64,000 nt of DNA from Epiperipatus broadwayi. Its lineage: Eukaryota; Animalia; Onychophora. This document shows, one piece after another, positions 49,801 to 64,000 of this stretch (within the stretch, counting starts at the first letter, position 1; every line of letters begins with the position of its first letter). The notes beneath the pieces were generated by a model that saw only the letters and a program-made list of their open reading frames with translations, did no database searches and had not been told where the DNA came from. The stretch covers positions 12,834,001-12,898,000 of the forward strand of contig JAQFVV010000007.1 of the NCBI GenBank assembly GCA_028023455.1, in the 5' to 3' direction. Made by a program: the position numbers and the translations under genes.

Positions 49801-52475
49801 ATAAATTAAATTTTATTAAAACATTACTATTTTAGTATTAATGTGATTTGATTTTTTTAAAAAAAATCAGTATTTGTTTCCACAATGGTTCACCCAACCT
49901 AAAAAGGGAATTGTGATCTAGGTCAGTAGTGTGCAACCTGTCAGTCACAACCCTTCAAGAAATCACTGTAAAATGGTTGGGAGTCATGAAAATTTTGACA
50001 AGTTCTCATGTTGGATAATAAAATTTTAATTGAAAAACAAACACCTAAGCACTGTTAAAAATAGATGAAACTGCTCAAATATTTATTGTGTGCCTGATCA
50101 TTTTTGTGTTTGAACACTCCATTCTTTATATTCTAATCCACTTTGTAAAACAGCACATCATAAAGATATTTCTCTTATATTGCACTCATTTCTTTTATTT
50201 ACTGTCAGTGTTTTGTTCTTTGTGCTAGGATCCTTTTAATGTAGATAAGTTGTACTATGTTCTTCTAAAACAGGCTAAAAAGAAGTACTATTATACATTT
50301 TTGTTAATATGCAGTTTTTTTCAAAGATCTTATATTAAATCATGTGTACTGAAATATGTAATAAAATGACTTTTATTATTGCTATCCTTATATGTTTATA
50401 ATTGGATGGTAACAACATATAATCAGTTGCACAAAATTTAGTTGAAATATGGGGTTCATAAATGTAAGGGGGTTGCACCCAACTGTTCTAGATTTTATGA
50501 TGTGATTGTTTTCACAAATGATTCAAAGCCTCATGAAGTTTTATAAGAGTTATCAGAGATAAGCAATGAAGTACATGGTATATCTAATTGAATAGGTGAT
50601 TGACGACTTGTCCTCTTTTACACTGATTGCATAATCATCTCTAAGTCAACCCATGCATTATATAATGATGTATTTCCATATTCATTGTGAAAATGTTAAT
50701 ATACTACCATATCAGGATCATGGGTTAAGATATAAAATATGCCTGTGTATTTTACATCTTTAATCACATTTGAAACAGGAAACTAATATTGTATTTTGTT
50801 TTAAATTAGTCAAAACTGTTTCAAAATATTTGAAATTGTGTACGACAGTGATGCCATGTATCACAAGAATATATACAAATGATTAATTGCCCAGATATGC
50901 TAATACTTTAATATATTTGTTGCAAATGGCTAAAGTATGTTGCTACAGTATACATGTGCAAATTCATAGATGGCATTGCAGGCAGATTAGGAAAGGAGTC
51001 AGTCACTGTTTCACTGGAACTGTCTATATAGGTTAATGGTAAAAGTCTAAACAAAATAGACAATATAATGGATGAATTAATTATACAATTAATCTTAAAT
51101 AGAAAGTTTTAGTTAAAGAAATAATATTCAAAATAAATGTTAAAAATATTTCTCTATAAATGAATTATAATGATATTCTCTTATTGATCTGAGATTTATG
51201 CATCTAATTGAATGGAAGTGCAGTACCTAGTGATATATAATAAAATGTAAATAGAAACAATCAAGTAGACAACAACTCTATGAAAAAACAAAAAGGTGGA
51301 CTGTCACCAAAGAAATTAAAAGACTGAAATCGAGTTAGATTGAACATATTGTTAAAAGTGATGATATTATATACACAAATAAAATAATGAATTGGGCTTT
51401 TCAAGATTAGATTTCTCCCTGAGGAAGAACAGTTGATTTGAATAGAAGAGATGAGGAAATTTATGAAATCAGTGGAGAATCTATATTTCAAATATATTGA
51501 ATTAAACTCATAGAATTATTCATCTTGTATTAGAATGATAATGTTTAAAAGTGTTGGTACTTACATAGTATTCATTCACTAATAAAAATCATGGCAATAA
51601 ATATGTATATAGAGACTAAATTAAGATCTGATGGAGAAAATGAATCAATTTTGTATTAGACAATATTCCAATGAGGTGAAAGTAATTATTCAAAATGTTC
51701 ATTTTCTTTTCATTTTATGATTTAAACTATGCTGTAATATCACAAAAGAGTGTTTGTAGATGTTTGTTTCATTTCCACTCACAAAAAATGTAAAACCATG
51801 TTTGTTTCATTTTCACCAAATAAAGTTATAGTTGGCCATTTTTCAATATAATTCATTACAAGTTTACTTGGTGGAGGATAACTTCTCACAAATTTGTAGT
51901 TGTTTGTTTCATTTCCACTAAATAAAGTTATAATTCATAATTTTTCCAAATAAATTTTTAATTGATTTATTAAGTTTATCAGCAAATCTCATAAAAGGTC
52001 TTATTTTCTGAGACCATTAAATTAAAAATCTATTGCCAAACTAATACATATTTGACATGTCAGTGTAGGACTAGTATGTAAATAAGGACATGTTACATGC
52101 AAATATGTAATGGATAATGTTTTCTTTAAAAAACTATATATTATACAACATTTAATTCTCAACTTTCTAAAAATATTTGTTAGGAAGACACATTAAACCA
52201 ATGAAAATTATTATTAGTTTTAAATTTCAGTGTTATTATAGCAGATTATACTAAAAAAATTGATTTTCATTGGATTAAATTTTCAGCTAAACTAATTTGT
52301 CTTTTTCAATATTTTTAGATGTGTGCTAAACAATTACCCAATCAAAAATGTAACAGAGAATTATAATTTATCACAATGATTTTGGTAAAATATTATTTAA
52401 TGTTTAGAATAGTTTGGATGATTTATATAATAAATAGAGCTTTCAAAGATAAATAATTATATATATATATATATA

Positions 52476-52879
52476 TGAGACTTGGACACTTAACAGAAGA
52501 GCAATTTTGAGATTTTAAATCACTCAATGAAGTATGGAGAGACATGTGTTAGGAGTAGCAAGAGGAGATAGAAAACAAAATATATGGGTGAGAGAACAAA
52601 CAGGTGTTACTGACATCATTTAATGAATTAACAGACTAAAATAGAGTTGGGCTGGGCTTATTTCCAGAAATGATGATAATAGATGGACAGTTAAAACTGT
52701 AAACTGAATTCCAAATTATTGTAAAAGACCTAGAATTAGACCACATGTGAGATGGGTGGATGAATTAAAGAAGTGTACTGGGGTAATTTGGAAAAGAGAG
52801 GCTAGAGATCAGAGATGGATTCCACACAGAGAGACCTTCATTCTTCAATGGATTGATTATGTTTGAAAATGCTGATGAT
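52476..52879 (+). mobile_element. RTE LINE 3' end, 5'-truncated at a (TA)n tract
   Basis: ETWTLN..SMERHVLGV..TDII..WAG..DNRWT..RWVDELKK..FILQW, followed by a GATGAT tail. Confidence 0.9.
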
Positions 52880-53087
52880 CTGTCAATGAAAGCTATATAT
52901 AATCTTTGATTATTTATCACATTAGTATAACTAATGATCTGTATGGCTGAGTATTGTGGTGGATTTTGATGTGGGACATCCTTAAATAGATTTCAGTTTT
53001 AGCACTTCTAAAACTCAAACTTTTTATAAACTTTCAAGCAATAAAGCTATTTTACTACTTATTTATTTATTCAATATAACCAATAAA

Positions 53088-53385
53088 AATGGCAAATGAA
53101 GAAGTTTTGGGAAGAGTAAGTGAAAAAAAAATATTAGAGGAAATTAAAAATAAAAAGAGAATGTGGGTTAGATATATATAGTCAGAAGAAAAAATAGTTT
53201 TATAAAGAAAGTTTTGGAAGAATTGGTGAATGAAAATAAGAAATAAAAAAGATTGACTTTGATAGACAATATAAGAAATATGTGGAATTGAAGATATGGA
53301 AATGAATAGAAAATAAAATAGATAAGCTGACAGTGTGATTGCTTTCTGGACATATCCTTATGGCAGTGCATTATTGTTTGATTGA
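53088..53385 (+). mobile_element. RTE LINE 3' end (different subfamily)
   Basis: ANEEVLGRVSEKKILEEIKNKKRMW..LTLIDNIR (cf. NEEVLRRV..RNWIGH..LDDIK). Confidence 0.65.
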
Positions 53386-55209
53386 TAATCAATAATATTT
53401 TGAGATTTTTTATTGTAAAATTTGTTTGATTAATTATTATACTGCTGCAGAAGAAATAAACACACTTTCTTAAATACTATCAGATACTTTCTGCACTTAA
53501 GTATAATCTCACTGTTATATTTTATGGGTGATTGTTGTATCCTCTACTCATGCTTCTGCAAAAGATTGATGAATAATATAACCCATTGATGAATCTCCAT
53601 TCTTTTTTCCGTTAAAAGATAAATTTTTAGACAACGACATTACTATATCAGCTTTATCATCTTTTAAAAATTATGAAATGCATATATTTTTCAAAAGTCT
53701 CCAAACTGTTTTCACCTATAATGTATCTATGCATAATTATCATTGAACCTGAACAAACACTGATAAGGCTGGTCACATCATAAGGGTCTTCCTTTATATT
53801 TTATTGATGATAGATTAATTGTGAATTAACAAAATAAGTTATTTAGAAAAGTATAAATTGTTCATTTAAGTATATAATATATTTCCATTTTATGTTATCC
53901 ATATTTTAACATAAACATGAGCTAAATTCTAATAATTATATTTAAGGTTCATAAACCCTTCACTTATGAGCCCATGAGAGAATGCTTTTAACAGTCACTG
54001 AAATTTGTATTTGATTGTACTGATGACTATAGGTACTTGTTTGTTCCTGCAATTGTTTTGGCTACCATCCTGCCCAAATATAAGCACGCTTTCTCAACTA
54101 ATATTTAATTTTGCCTTTTCTTCAATCTTGAATGAAGAACCATTTCCTGAGGAAGTTTGGTGCATGGATGTATGATAAATTCCAGAGTTCAAAGATCATG
54201 GTTCACCTCAATAATTTTAGTACCCAAATGTCTCTTATGAGAACAATAAACAATTTAATAAGTATTAGTGAATAATCATTTTCCTTGAGACAGTCATTTA
54301 TGAAATATCAAAATATTTTTCCAACTTCAGGCATACCAGTAAATACATTGTCTATCTGGAACAAAAATCATACATAGCTGAAAAAATGTTGAGTTTCATC
54401 TAGTCTGCATTTGAATCCCAGGTCATGGGAAAAGCAGATAAAATAAGAAACACTACACAATGAGACGCCTTCAAATTCTTTATATATAATAGTTAAATAT
54501 GTGTACGTATATAAGGTTGTCAATATATTTTCAAGTGTATTTACACACACACATATATATAGCATTAAGATTAAAGTTACTTATCTTTGACAGAAAATAT
54601 TTCTTCTTTAAGAAAATTTATCTTACTACTTTTTTTTATTAAATTCTTTAAAGATAAAGATGTAATTTTTTTTAATAAGAAAAAATGTTTGGCAGCGCAC
54701 CAAAGATTTACTACACTAATTAGCGACAGATTGTTTTTCTAATGGTGACTAATAGTATAGTATTTTTATTTGCATCAGCGAAAAGTTATGATTAAAACTG
54801 AAATATATAAACGTTGATTATATAAAGATTTTCTATTATTACAATGTGAACAAGACATGTGTGTGTATATATACTTATATATTAGAATGAAAATAGCAAT
54901 TTTCTTCTAATCACCAAGAATTAGCTAACTTATTATATGAATATCAATTTTTTTATCATTACTTTTGATAATATATATATCACATAATCATAGGTGATGC
55001 ATTTCCTATGGGAATCAATACAGTAATACAGTTCAGGTACTCAAATCGATTTGAATGCTCATGCCCCCAGGACTCAACGTTATCATAAACTCTCTGAACA
55101 ATAAAACCATTCAATTCTATTTTTGTTTATTAAATGCACTCAAATCTTGTGCATAGGCTGTATGCTCAGAAATTATGTTTGCAAACATGAACATTTATTC
55201 TCTCTAAAT

Positions 55210-55600
55210 TTCTTATAAATTCCAATAAATTCATTTATTTGTTAATTCTTATTATTCAATATTGTTTCCCTAACTCTTATTTATTATTTTTTCTTCTATC
55301 TCGTTTTAATAAAGTTGTTTTGGTAATTCTATTATTCTCACCTCATATTTCTTAATTTCTTTATAAAGAAACAAAAAATCATGACATCTCTATCCCTTTC
55401 ACTCTTTTCTTTTTAATTTTCTCCCACATATCATACAATTTATCTTGATTCTCTAAATTCCATACATCCAAAAATAAATGTTCAGTTTTCTCTCTCCCTT
55501 CACCACATAAAGTATTTTCTACAATTTAAATTCTTATTCCTTTTTCTTTAGTACCTCAAATTATTCCCTTGCTCCAAATAGTCATTAACTCCTGTTATAT
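55210..55600 (-). mobile_element. LINE 3' fragment with decayed zinc knuckle
   Basis: Minus-strand LCGEGREKTEHLFLD at 55472-55510 within purine-rich LINE-like sequence. Confidence 0.5.
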
Positions 55601-55916
55601 TCTTTCATGGTTTGTGTAATTTTTATTCTTATATAGCTCTAAACCATTTTTTATTTCTTGCTTTGCACAATTTTTTTTTTAAAAAAACTAACCCGTTAAC
55701 TGTTGTATTTTCTTATCCCTCATATGTATGTACTTGCAATGTAGTCTCTAGACATTTATCTTATTCTTATATAATATATGGAAGTATCTTGTGTAAGTAC
55801 TAACTTTGTTTATTGCAAACATTTTCTTACCCAATATGTTTACCCAATATGTTTGTTGCTCAAAGTCCAATAAACCTTATATTTACTAATGTTCCTTTTG
55901 TTAATATGTAAGATTT

Positions 55917-56090
55917 GAAATACCAGGCACTCATAAACCTGGAGCCTAATTGTAAATATAGGAGATTTGAACTCAGATTTTCAATCCCACTTTACTATCC
56001 ATACTATCTTATACAACTAATACACATGACAACACACATGTAGAAAAAATAAATAATCACCAATATACATATTTGATAGCTTCCAAACAC
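55917..56090. repeat. Repeat family C copy (short)
   Basis: Shares the family C start AATACCAGGC..GTAAATATAGGAGATTTGAACTCAGA. Confidence 0.8.
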
Positions 56091-59000
56091 TTTCACTTTA
56101 ATTTTAATTTCCATATCAAAATGAAAAACATACCATTTCACTTTGCATGTTCTCATAATACAAAAGATATAACAAATAATAATTTAGAGAATAAAAGATG
56201 AACTAGCACTATAAATTAAGATTATTACAAATTTGGATTTTAATCAAGTTTTAGAAAATAAAATGGGAAGGGAACACATATGTCCATAGTTTGAAATCAA
56301 CAACTTTCTCTTTAGCTATTCTAAAACTGTTTGTTATGATTGAGTAGTATGAGGAGAAGAAAAAGTCTTATATCAGCATAGTCAAATGTAAAAATATATT
56401 ATAACGTTTTAATAAGCTATAGAGTTTAGAAAACATTATTTTTCCAAATATTTTTGGTTGAAAATTTAGTATAATTTGCATATTTTAAAAATGGAAAAAA
56501 GTTTATGATGTTAAAAAAGCCCTTCATAAACACCTACACTTATCATTATGAATGATTTTGAACTACTAGGATTACATTAGACTTTACAAGATGATTAAAA
56601 TTGCATCATGTAAAATACTCTGTATAGAAAAATTATCTGATTCAAAAAGTGAAATTTTCAGATTAATTCTCAAATGAAGACAGTTAAAAAAAAGGAGAGA
56701 AAAGTAAATTTATCATCCTAATTAATTTAAATAAACCAGTTTTCAAAACACCGGTTATTTTTTTTATTAAATGCTAAACTAATCAACTTTAATAAATTAA
56801 GTAAAAAATGTAGAGTTTCATTCTTAAAGATTGATGATTAATTTTTAGACATGAAAATCAAAGTTTGTATTTCTTTACATATCAAATTCCAGAATAAACT
56901 ATGCTTATATTATGTTAAGACATGTCAAATGATATTATTGTTTAGGTATTTTTATTATTAATTGCATTTATTTGCATTTATCACAAGTATAATTAGCATT
57001 TTGTGGTTCACATTCGTATTTTTTACCTGTGATTTCACTTAAGCCATACAATTTTTGTTTAACATATTGTATATTATATATAAATAATAATTAATATTTG
57101 CTTATAATATAGCAAAACTTTTGTATAGTTTATTATTATTATATTATGAAAAATAAATAAATTTAAGTTTAAATATTATTTACTGAAACTTTAAAATCTG
57201 TTCTGTTTTCATGAACTTTTAATGTTTGTGGAAATTTTTCTACATTTGAATCCAACAAATGTGACCCTGTTTTGTTTATATCAATTTCATTGATGAAAAT
57301 AATTTTTGTGAAGGCTGGATAATTATAAAATCAAATTTAAAAACAATTCTGAACTCTATGTGGATTACTATCAAAATTAGACAAATGTGAAACAAGTTTT
57401 TACAGAATGAATGTCAAACATTTGTTTTTTTAGTTTGATTTTCTGAATTTCAATATTTATATGTTATAAATTTTTATGAAGTATTACTACAAATTGTTTT
57501 GATTACAGTACTTCATTGTAAAACTAACATTACATTTTGTTTTTTACAATCAGAGATTCAATGTATCAAAATTAATCCATCAATATGCCAAATTTTTTCA
57601 TACATATAAGTTGGTCATCTCAGTTATAACAAGTTCTTTATGAATATTGTGCTAATTTCAATTAAAGGTGCAGACATTTTGCAGTTCAGTTTTCTCATGA
57701 ATTGAGTGTAAAATGCATATGTTACAAGGTCTTAAAGATGAAACATTGTGCTGATGTTGAATAATAAATAGTTAAAACAGATTAAATAATATTGGAGTAT
57801 GTACTGTTTCTAATGTCTATAGATGTAAAAGGGTAAATAACAAGAGAACAAATACTAATAAATTAAATATTTTTTAAGAGTATTTAAAAATAAATTTAAA
57901 ACAATCATATAAACAAATACAAATGTTGTTGCATGAATGAAGTAAAAATTATGGATATTTATGTGATTTTGATAGAATCATTTTTTTAATATCAGTAAAA
58001 AATATTAACCTTTCTATTGCTATATTCAGTTCAAAACCATCATTTTCTTTAATGCACCATCTCAGCTATATTAACCATATTTTCTTCATTTTTCACTTTT
58101 TTATCATAAAAATAGCTTAATCCATAATAATATTTTAATTTCAAAAATAAATCTTCAGTGATCAGTATTTTAGCAAAAAAAATTTCTATTGCCATAAATA
58201 ATATTACAAACAGCCAACTGACACCCTTTTTTACCATACATGGGACTTGAAAGTGCCAAGTGTCCATCTTGTCATTGTTGAGTAGGAGGTTCTAACTCTC
58301 AACCTCAGAGTATGCACACACAACCTTTTATTTTTTGTAATAGATTTTGAACATAAAAACATATTTTTTATAATTATTTACATTTATAGTTTATTGTTTC
58401 AATATATTGACTAAATTTTACTTAAATATAGACCTTTATTTAAAAATATTTAATTTTTAGAAGAATACTCATGAGAAATGAATAATACCTAACTGCTGTT
58501 TATAAGTTCATGACATTTAATGACCACCAGTGGAAAACTTTTATTTTTCATAATTATTTACATATTCATAAGTGTTTTTCACAATATAATGACTAATATC
58601 ATGGTTACATTTAGATTTTTTAAATAAATACTTAAATTTTGGCAGAAGAAAAGACTAGAAAAATGAATAATTAGATTTTATACTTCTAAAAGAATAGAAA
58701 TCAATAGCAACTATGCATTGTAATTGGTTGAAAAATAATTCTCTTGTTTTTCTGCAAGCAATTTTTGGCTATTTTTCTTACATTTTTTTTTTGTTATGGG
58801 TTTTTTTTTTCATTATATTTGATGTAAAATAATTCAATTTTTAGAAGCGAAGTTAAAACAATTCTGATTATTTTACATTAATATTTTTACGGATAAAAAA
58901 CATAACTGAGAAATGAGGGCATCAAAGTTTTACTCAATCTGATGAAAAAGAAAGATTGTATGGGAAAATGTTCTTTAAAAAAGTTTTGATTCATATAATG

Positions 59001-59150
59001 CACTAATTATAAAGACATATTTTTTTTCAATTTCTATGGTATTCTTGATATTAAGCAATTAAAAATAAAGCACGTGACATTTATGTTTAGAATATGAGCA
59101 TTTCATACTTTTATTTCATTCACATAGTATCAATAATACTGTAAAAAACT

Positions 59151-59218
59151 AAAGAAATTTTACTTTTTAATGTTTAAAATATGAAAGAAATTTTACTTTT
59201 TAATGTTTAAAATATGAA
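59151..59218. repeat. 33-bp perfect tandem duplication
   Basis: AAAGAAATTTTACTTTTTAATGTTTAAAATATG occurs twice. Confidence 0.9.
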
Positions 59219-59229
59219 TTATTTTTTTA

Positions 59230-59365
59230 CAATACAGGCTTTTTCATACCTGCACTTATATATGTAAAATATAGGGGTTTGAACTCAGACTTTCACACAA
59301 CCCTCAACAATCCATGCTATGTTATACTGCTGATAGACTTGATCACACACATGTCAAAAATATAT
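59230..59365. repeat. Repeat family C copy (short)
   Basis: AATACAGGC..ATATAGGGGTTTGAACTCAGACTTTCACACAACC. Confidence 0.8.
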
Positions 59366-59606
59366 TTCTGTTGTTTCAGTTCATTGATTTTTGTTTATTT
59401 TTATTTCCATGTAGCAGTCATATTAGAAAAAATAAATTTATATTTATTTAGTTAAGGTACACAAAATCATATATAATAATGAGAATAATTTATTTAGTTT
59501 ATGTTTTGACACAAATGAAATTATTATACATTTTCAACTAGTAATTGAGTTTTTAATTACAAGAAGTGTCACTAGATACCACTAGTATTAATGTTACTTA
59601 TAAGAA

Positions 59607-60052
59607 AGGAAGGTAGTTTACAGATTAAGGCCGGAACAGGATCATTAACAACACGGGAATACACATAAATGAAGAATTTAGTCTGCAAATTATGTAAGAA
59701 AGTCATGGCAAATGGTAGGCATTTTCTAATTAAATGGAAATGCTTATAAGCTGAAAGGGTACAAATAATGAAGCTGTGGAAGAATAAATATAAACAAAAT
59801 GGTTATATAAATAGTTGGTTCTTGATTTTTATGCTGGGTTTAAAAATGATATGGGAGATTTAGATATAAAGGTCATTGAGTGGACAAAGATTATGTTGTG
59901 AAAATGGGATGGAGCAGGATATGGAAGAATATGGGAACAACTTAAGGTGGGGAATGGAAAAGAAAGATAAGATGTCTAATAGTTTTTTTCTGGACATAGT
60001 TGCAGAGATATTCCTGACTTTAAAAAAGGAGTGGCCATATCACATCACATCA
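59607..60052 (+). mobile_element. 3' fragment of the LINE family at 14780-19130
   Basis: Colinear with about 18675-19130 and ends CATATCACATCACATCA. Confidence 0.85.
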
Positions 60053-60904
60053 AAATTAAGAATTTAAATTTTCACTAATATTTTGCTAAAATTATTTGCA
60101 ATCTCTAAAAAAAATTATTACCAACAGCTATTAATAGTTTCAATTAGACCAAAATTGAGACTTGAAGACAAAATGAGTTATAAGATTTTATTTAAACAGA
60201 TTTAAAAAAAAAAACAAAAAACAAATTAAATAAGGGTATAGGAAAATATCTAATTATCCTAATTGGTAATAACACATGTATTCACTGTATTTCAATTTTT
60301 AATTTTTCTTCCCTTCATTTTTCTAGTTTGTATGGAAGAACTCTTACATTTTTTCCTGTACTTGAAATCAATTTCTAACCTATGCTTAATGTATTCTGTA
60401 CTTACATTGTGCTTTTTGTCAATTAACATTTTCACTAAATTATTTATCTTTTTAATCTCATATATAAATAATACAATATTTGCTACCATATCTTGTATAT
60501 TTTCTAACATTTGTTTTTCCACATATTAATAGCTTTTGACAGTAATTTATTAAAACAAAAATGTCTGCTTTATTCATTTTTTTCCATTTTATATATATAT
60601 ATAAGAGTGAAGTTAATATTAAAAATAATAATTTTGACAAAACATTGTCAAGGTCAGAAAAGTTTTGGTCACATTTTTTTTTTCATTTTAAACTTTATTG
60701 ATAACCAAAGCTGTGTTTAATCAAGACTTAATCCCTTGACAAACCTTCAACCACTTTCCAGTTGGTAAAACAAACCATCAAATTACTAGCTGACTGATAA
60801 AATCTTTAGACGGACCATTTATTGCAGCTTCTTATGGCAGAACACAGTTTACATTAAATGAAAAAAAAGAGTTAAAAATTTGATAGAATATTATATATAA
60901 TATA

Positions 60905-61320
60905 GTTTCTATTCTACCTATCTATTTATCTATTTGCCTGTCTATCTACCTGCATACCTTTGTTATCTGCCTATTTTTTTGCATCTACTGACCCACCTAT
61001 TTACTATTTATTTAATTATATCTATTACCTCTTTGTATATCTATCGATCAAACTTTCTGTATATATGTATCAATTTACCTTTTCTTTTTGTGTCTAACGT
61101 TTTATCTTTTTATTAATATATATATACATCTATCCACATACTTTCTATTTGTCTGTGTAAATATCTTTCAATTTATTCACATATAAACCTATATATCTTT
61201 ATTTATTTATTCATTTATCTATCTAGCAGTATATTTATACATTAATTTATATTGTCTTTTTATCAATTCATTAACTGAGCATATATTTACTTATTTACCT
61301 ATCTATATATCCATTCATTT
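60905..61320. repeat. Degenerate TCTA/TTTA/CCTA simple-sequence tract
   Basis: Low-complexity tetranucleotide-like periodicity. Confidence 0.75.
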
Positions 61321-61594
61321 TTGCAGCTATTTTTTATAATAGCATGATTTAATTATGCATTTCTATTCACATCTACTAATAAGTCATATCTGATTTATAT
61401 ATGGCCTGGGTGGACTGCAGCTTTTTAAATATATATTAGGAAAAGAAAAATAGATCCTATAAAAAGTTTATATTGTGTTTATAAGTCTAATATTAAGCCA
61501 TACAGATTTTAGTAAATTGTAATTTTATTATTTAAAAAAGAATCGAGGTTTGCCCTACAAGATAAATGGATTTGTTCAATGATCCAAAAGATAG

Positions 61595-63810
61595 TGTAAC
61601 GGACACAGACGACGTTACACTGTGTTTTATTATTAAACATGAAAAAAATAAAAGTTCACAAATAAAAAAAAATTTTTTTTAAGAATTAAAAATTGAAAAT
61701 TAAAAAATCATCTTAAACTCGTATATATATAAAATTGCACAGATAAAAGAAAAAAATTATTAAAATAAAACTTTATTAAAAATAGAAAAATTAAATCTTT
61801 CAACAAAAATATTTAGAGATAAAAATATCTTTAAGTTTGGAAAACACATTAATTAATCAGAAATGGAAATGATTATTTTAATTAGTCAAAGTGAACTAGC
61901 CTGTGGGCATTTAAATGTATAAGCATCGGTCAGATAGGAAAACAATAGAAACTAATAGCAAATGAGAGAAATCCATCAGGAAATCGGACTTCAATGGAAG
62001 GATCATCAACAACGATGATGTAATGTCCATTGGATTCTAAAGGTAATATAAAAGGAAAAGTTTGAAAATTATTAGGAGTTATTACGATGTGACTATATGT
62101 GTTAGTGCGGACTTGAAGGAAAAGGGATTGAAAAGACGCAATCTTCAATCCCTTCAGTTTTGTTTAAAAAAAAAAAAGAAATGACATCGTTTTCTACATT
62201 GAGGACCAGCCAAAGCAAAAGACCTTCGGATGAATAAATAAATCGGCCAGCAGAATACCAATCTCTTTAGGACGGCATGGGAATTCATGTTCAAATGGCA
62301 AGCAATGGATAAAAGGAACATTTTGAAATCGTAAGAAATTTTTGAACTCTCAGCTTTAAATATATATAATTAATGAACATTTCTAAACAATAAGAACTTT
62401 ACTTCTAAACTTGTTCCGTATTTAAAAAAAAAAATAGAAATATATTCCTATCTGACCAAACTAAATTATTTATTAATTAGGTATAATTTTATTTGATGTA
62501 TTTCTTTTGTAAAATCATTTCCATTTCTTTTTTTTTTTTGTTCTTTTAAGTTTTTATTATGATTTCTGTTTTTCGATAAATTAAACTATATAAATATTAA
62601 ACTTAAGTCGGGTGTGAATGGCTATATAGATTTGTAAAGTTATATTAGGGGAGGGTAATCTTAGGTTATTCATTCTGTAGTTGAATTAGGTCAATGGATT
62701 GGATATATTGGTGTAATTAGTAGATGTAGTACGAGATTCGCTACAGGCAGAATCACTATTATATGCCGCACACACTCGTTTTGCCTATGGGAGGATTTAT
62801 AAGATGGAGACTGCAGTTCTTTCCTATGTAGTTTTTTTTATTGCTCTCATCATCAGATAGATGTAATATTCCTATCTGATGAGAAGCAGTTTCTTCTCTT
62901 AACTTAATTGTGCTGCTGTATTCGTATTACATTGAACACATCGATATATCAGATGGATTAAAGTTTGGTTTGACTGTGAACCTTTGGCCTAAGGTTAAAC
63001 AAGGATTGAATATTTTCTTTTCAAATGAAAATCTATGTAGTCTATTTATACTCGACACTCTAAATAAAGATGTATTAAATTTAAGTTGGGTATAGACGCT
63101 TGCATGGGTTCGTTACCAGTTGATTATGTTTTTGGTTTTCATATTTGATCAAAATATATAGACATTCGGTAAATACTGATACCTTACGGTGAGTATCTAA
63201 GATGTATTTATGTCAGATGTCTTTTAAGTTATTGGTGTCAATGCGGTGTCTTATAATGAACACCATTGGGTTTCTTGAATTCCCTATGCAATTGACAGTG
63301 TCAATGACTTTGTATTTTGATCATTTATGTTTATTTTGAAATGTTTTTGACCATGTAATCTATGTAACCGATCTATACTCAACATTAAAAACACATTTTA
63401 TAAACCCATCTGTGCGAACTTATAAAAAATTAAAATGTAAACTTATAATATTATAAAAATTAAAATGTAAATTTAAATTCTAAAATCAAGTTAAAATCCA
63501 AAGTAAAAGTTATTCTAAAATAATGCTAAATTTTATATATGTGTGTAAATAAATGTTTGTGTGTTAATTATTGGCAGTGGCTTATTTTATTCTTTTTTAT
63601 ATATTCTGAGATAAGAATTTATTATAAATATAAATCTCTGCTACTCCCTGAGGTAGTGACAATGGGCTAATGACCGGATATCAAATTATATATAATAAAA
63701 AAACTTTTTAATTATGTATCTGCCTACTTTATAAATTTTCTAGGTTCAAATGCCTTGTGGCACCCTGTAGTGCAGATGATGTTAAGATAGACTTTTTCTG
63801 GATCGTTATA
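61595..63810 (+). mobile_element. LTR of family X (about 2.2 kb)
   Basis: Termini TGTAACG ... CGTTA(T)A. Homologous blocks are shared with 39707-41860, including GGATTTATAAGATGG (TATA-like) at about 62794 and 41159. A PBS-like motif follows. Confidence 0.7.
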
Positions 63811-63812
63811 AC

Positions 63813-63831
63813 TGACCACCCAACTTGGGCC
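63813..63831 (+). other. Degenerate primer-binding site (tRNA-Lys CTT type); internal region runs to the window end
   Basis: TGACCACCCAACTTGGGCC vs the canonical TGGCGCCCAACGTGGGGC, 2 nt after the LTR end. Confidence 0.5.
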
Positions 63832-64000
63832 GATCTATTAATAAAAACCACGTATATCCTGAGTAAATTTCTTTTTTCAGAATGAAATATGTTTATCTGT
63901 TTACATAAAGTCGGATACTTTAAATCTTATAAAAGCACTGCCAGAAAGAAATTGCACATATATTAAACATGAGAAAGTATTAATAATTTTAAATTGTATT

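Noticed and set aside
48300-54400. Scattered candidate minus-strand exons (near 48400, 50950, 53600, 54350)
   Set aside because: Short open frames with AG/GT signals are expected by chance in AT-rich DNA; they could not be chained into a recognisable protein.
368-63095. Remaining 60-120 aa ORFs in the supplied track
   Set aside because: Low-complexity F/I/L/Y/K-rich translations typical of AT-rich non-coding DNA, or antisense shadows of transposon ORFs.

Overview
Very AT-rich eukaryotic DNA, probably from an invertebrate animal, made almost entirely of transposable-element remains. I could not support any host protein-coding gene. The largest feature is a minus-strand Ty3/Gypsy LTR retrotransposon (about 31828-43451, ATAT target-site duplication, PR-RT-RH-IN pol). 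Its gag region is replaced by an opposite-strand piece of a second LTR family, whose LTR recurs at 61595-63810. Decayed LINEs (RTE, L1/Tx1-like, and a PHD+esterase-ORF1 family), mariner and hAT remnants and a Penelope-like RT fragment are also present. The main discovery is a set of about 415-460 bp non-coding repeat units that each carry a type I hammerhead ribozyme motif with a palindromic helix III, i.e. retrozyme or Penelope-pLTR-like elements. The youngest is a near-identical 414-bp tandem-plus-inverted array inside the Gypsy element (34457-35872) with intact ribozyme cores. These units recur as head-to-head fold-backs across the window. All alignments, translations and folds were done by eye, so boundaries of decayed elements are approximate.
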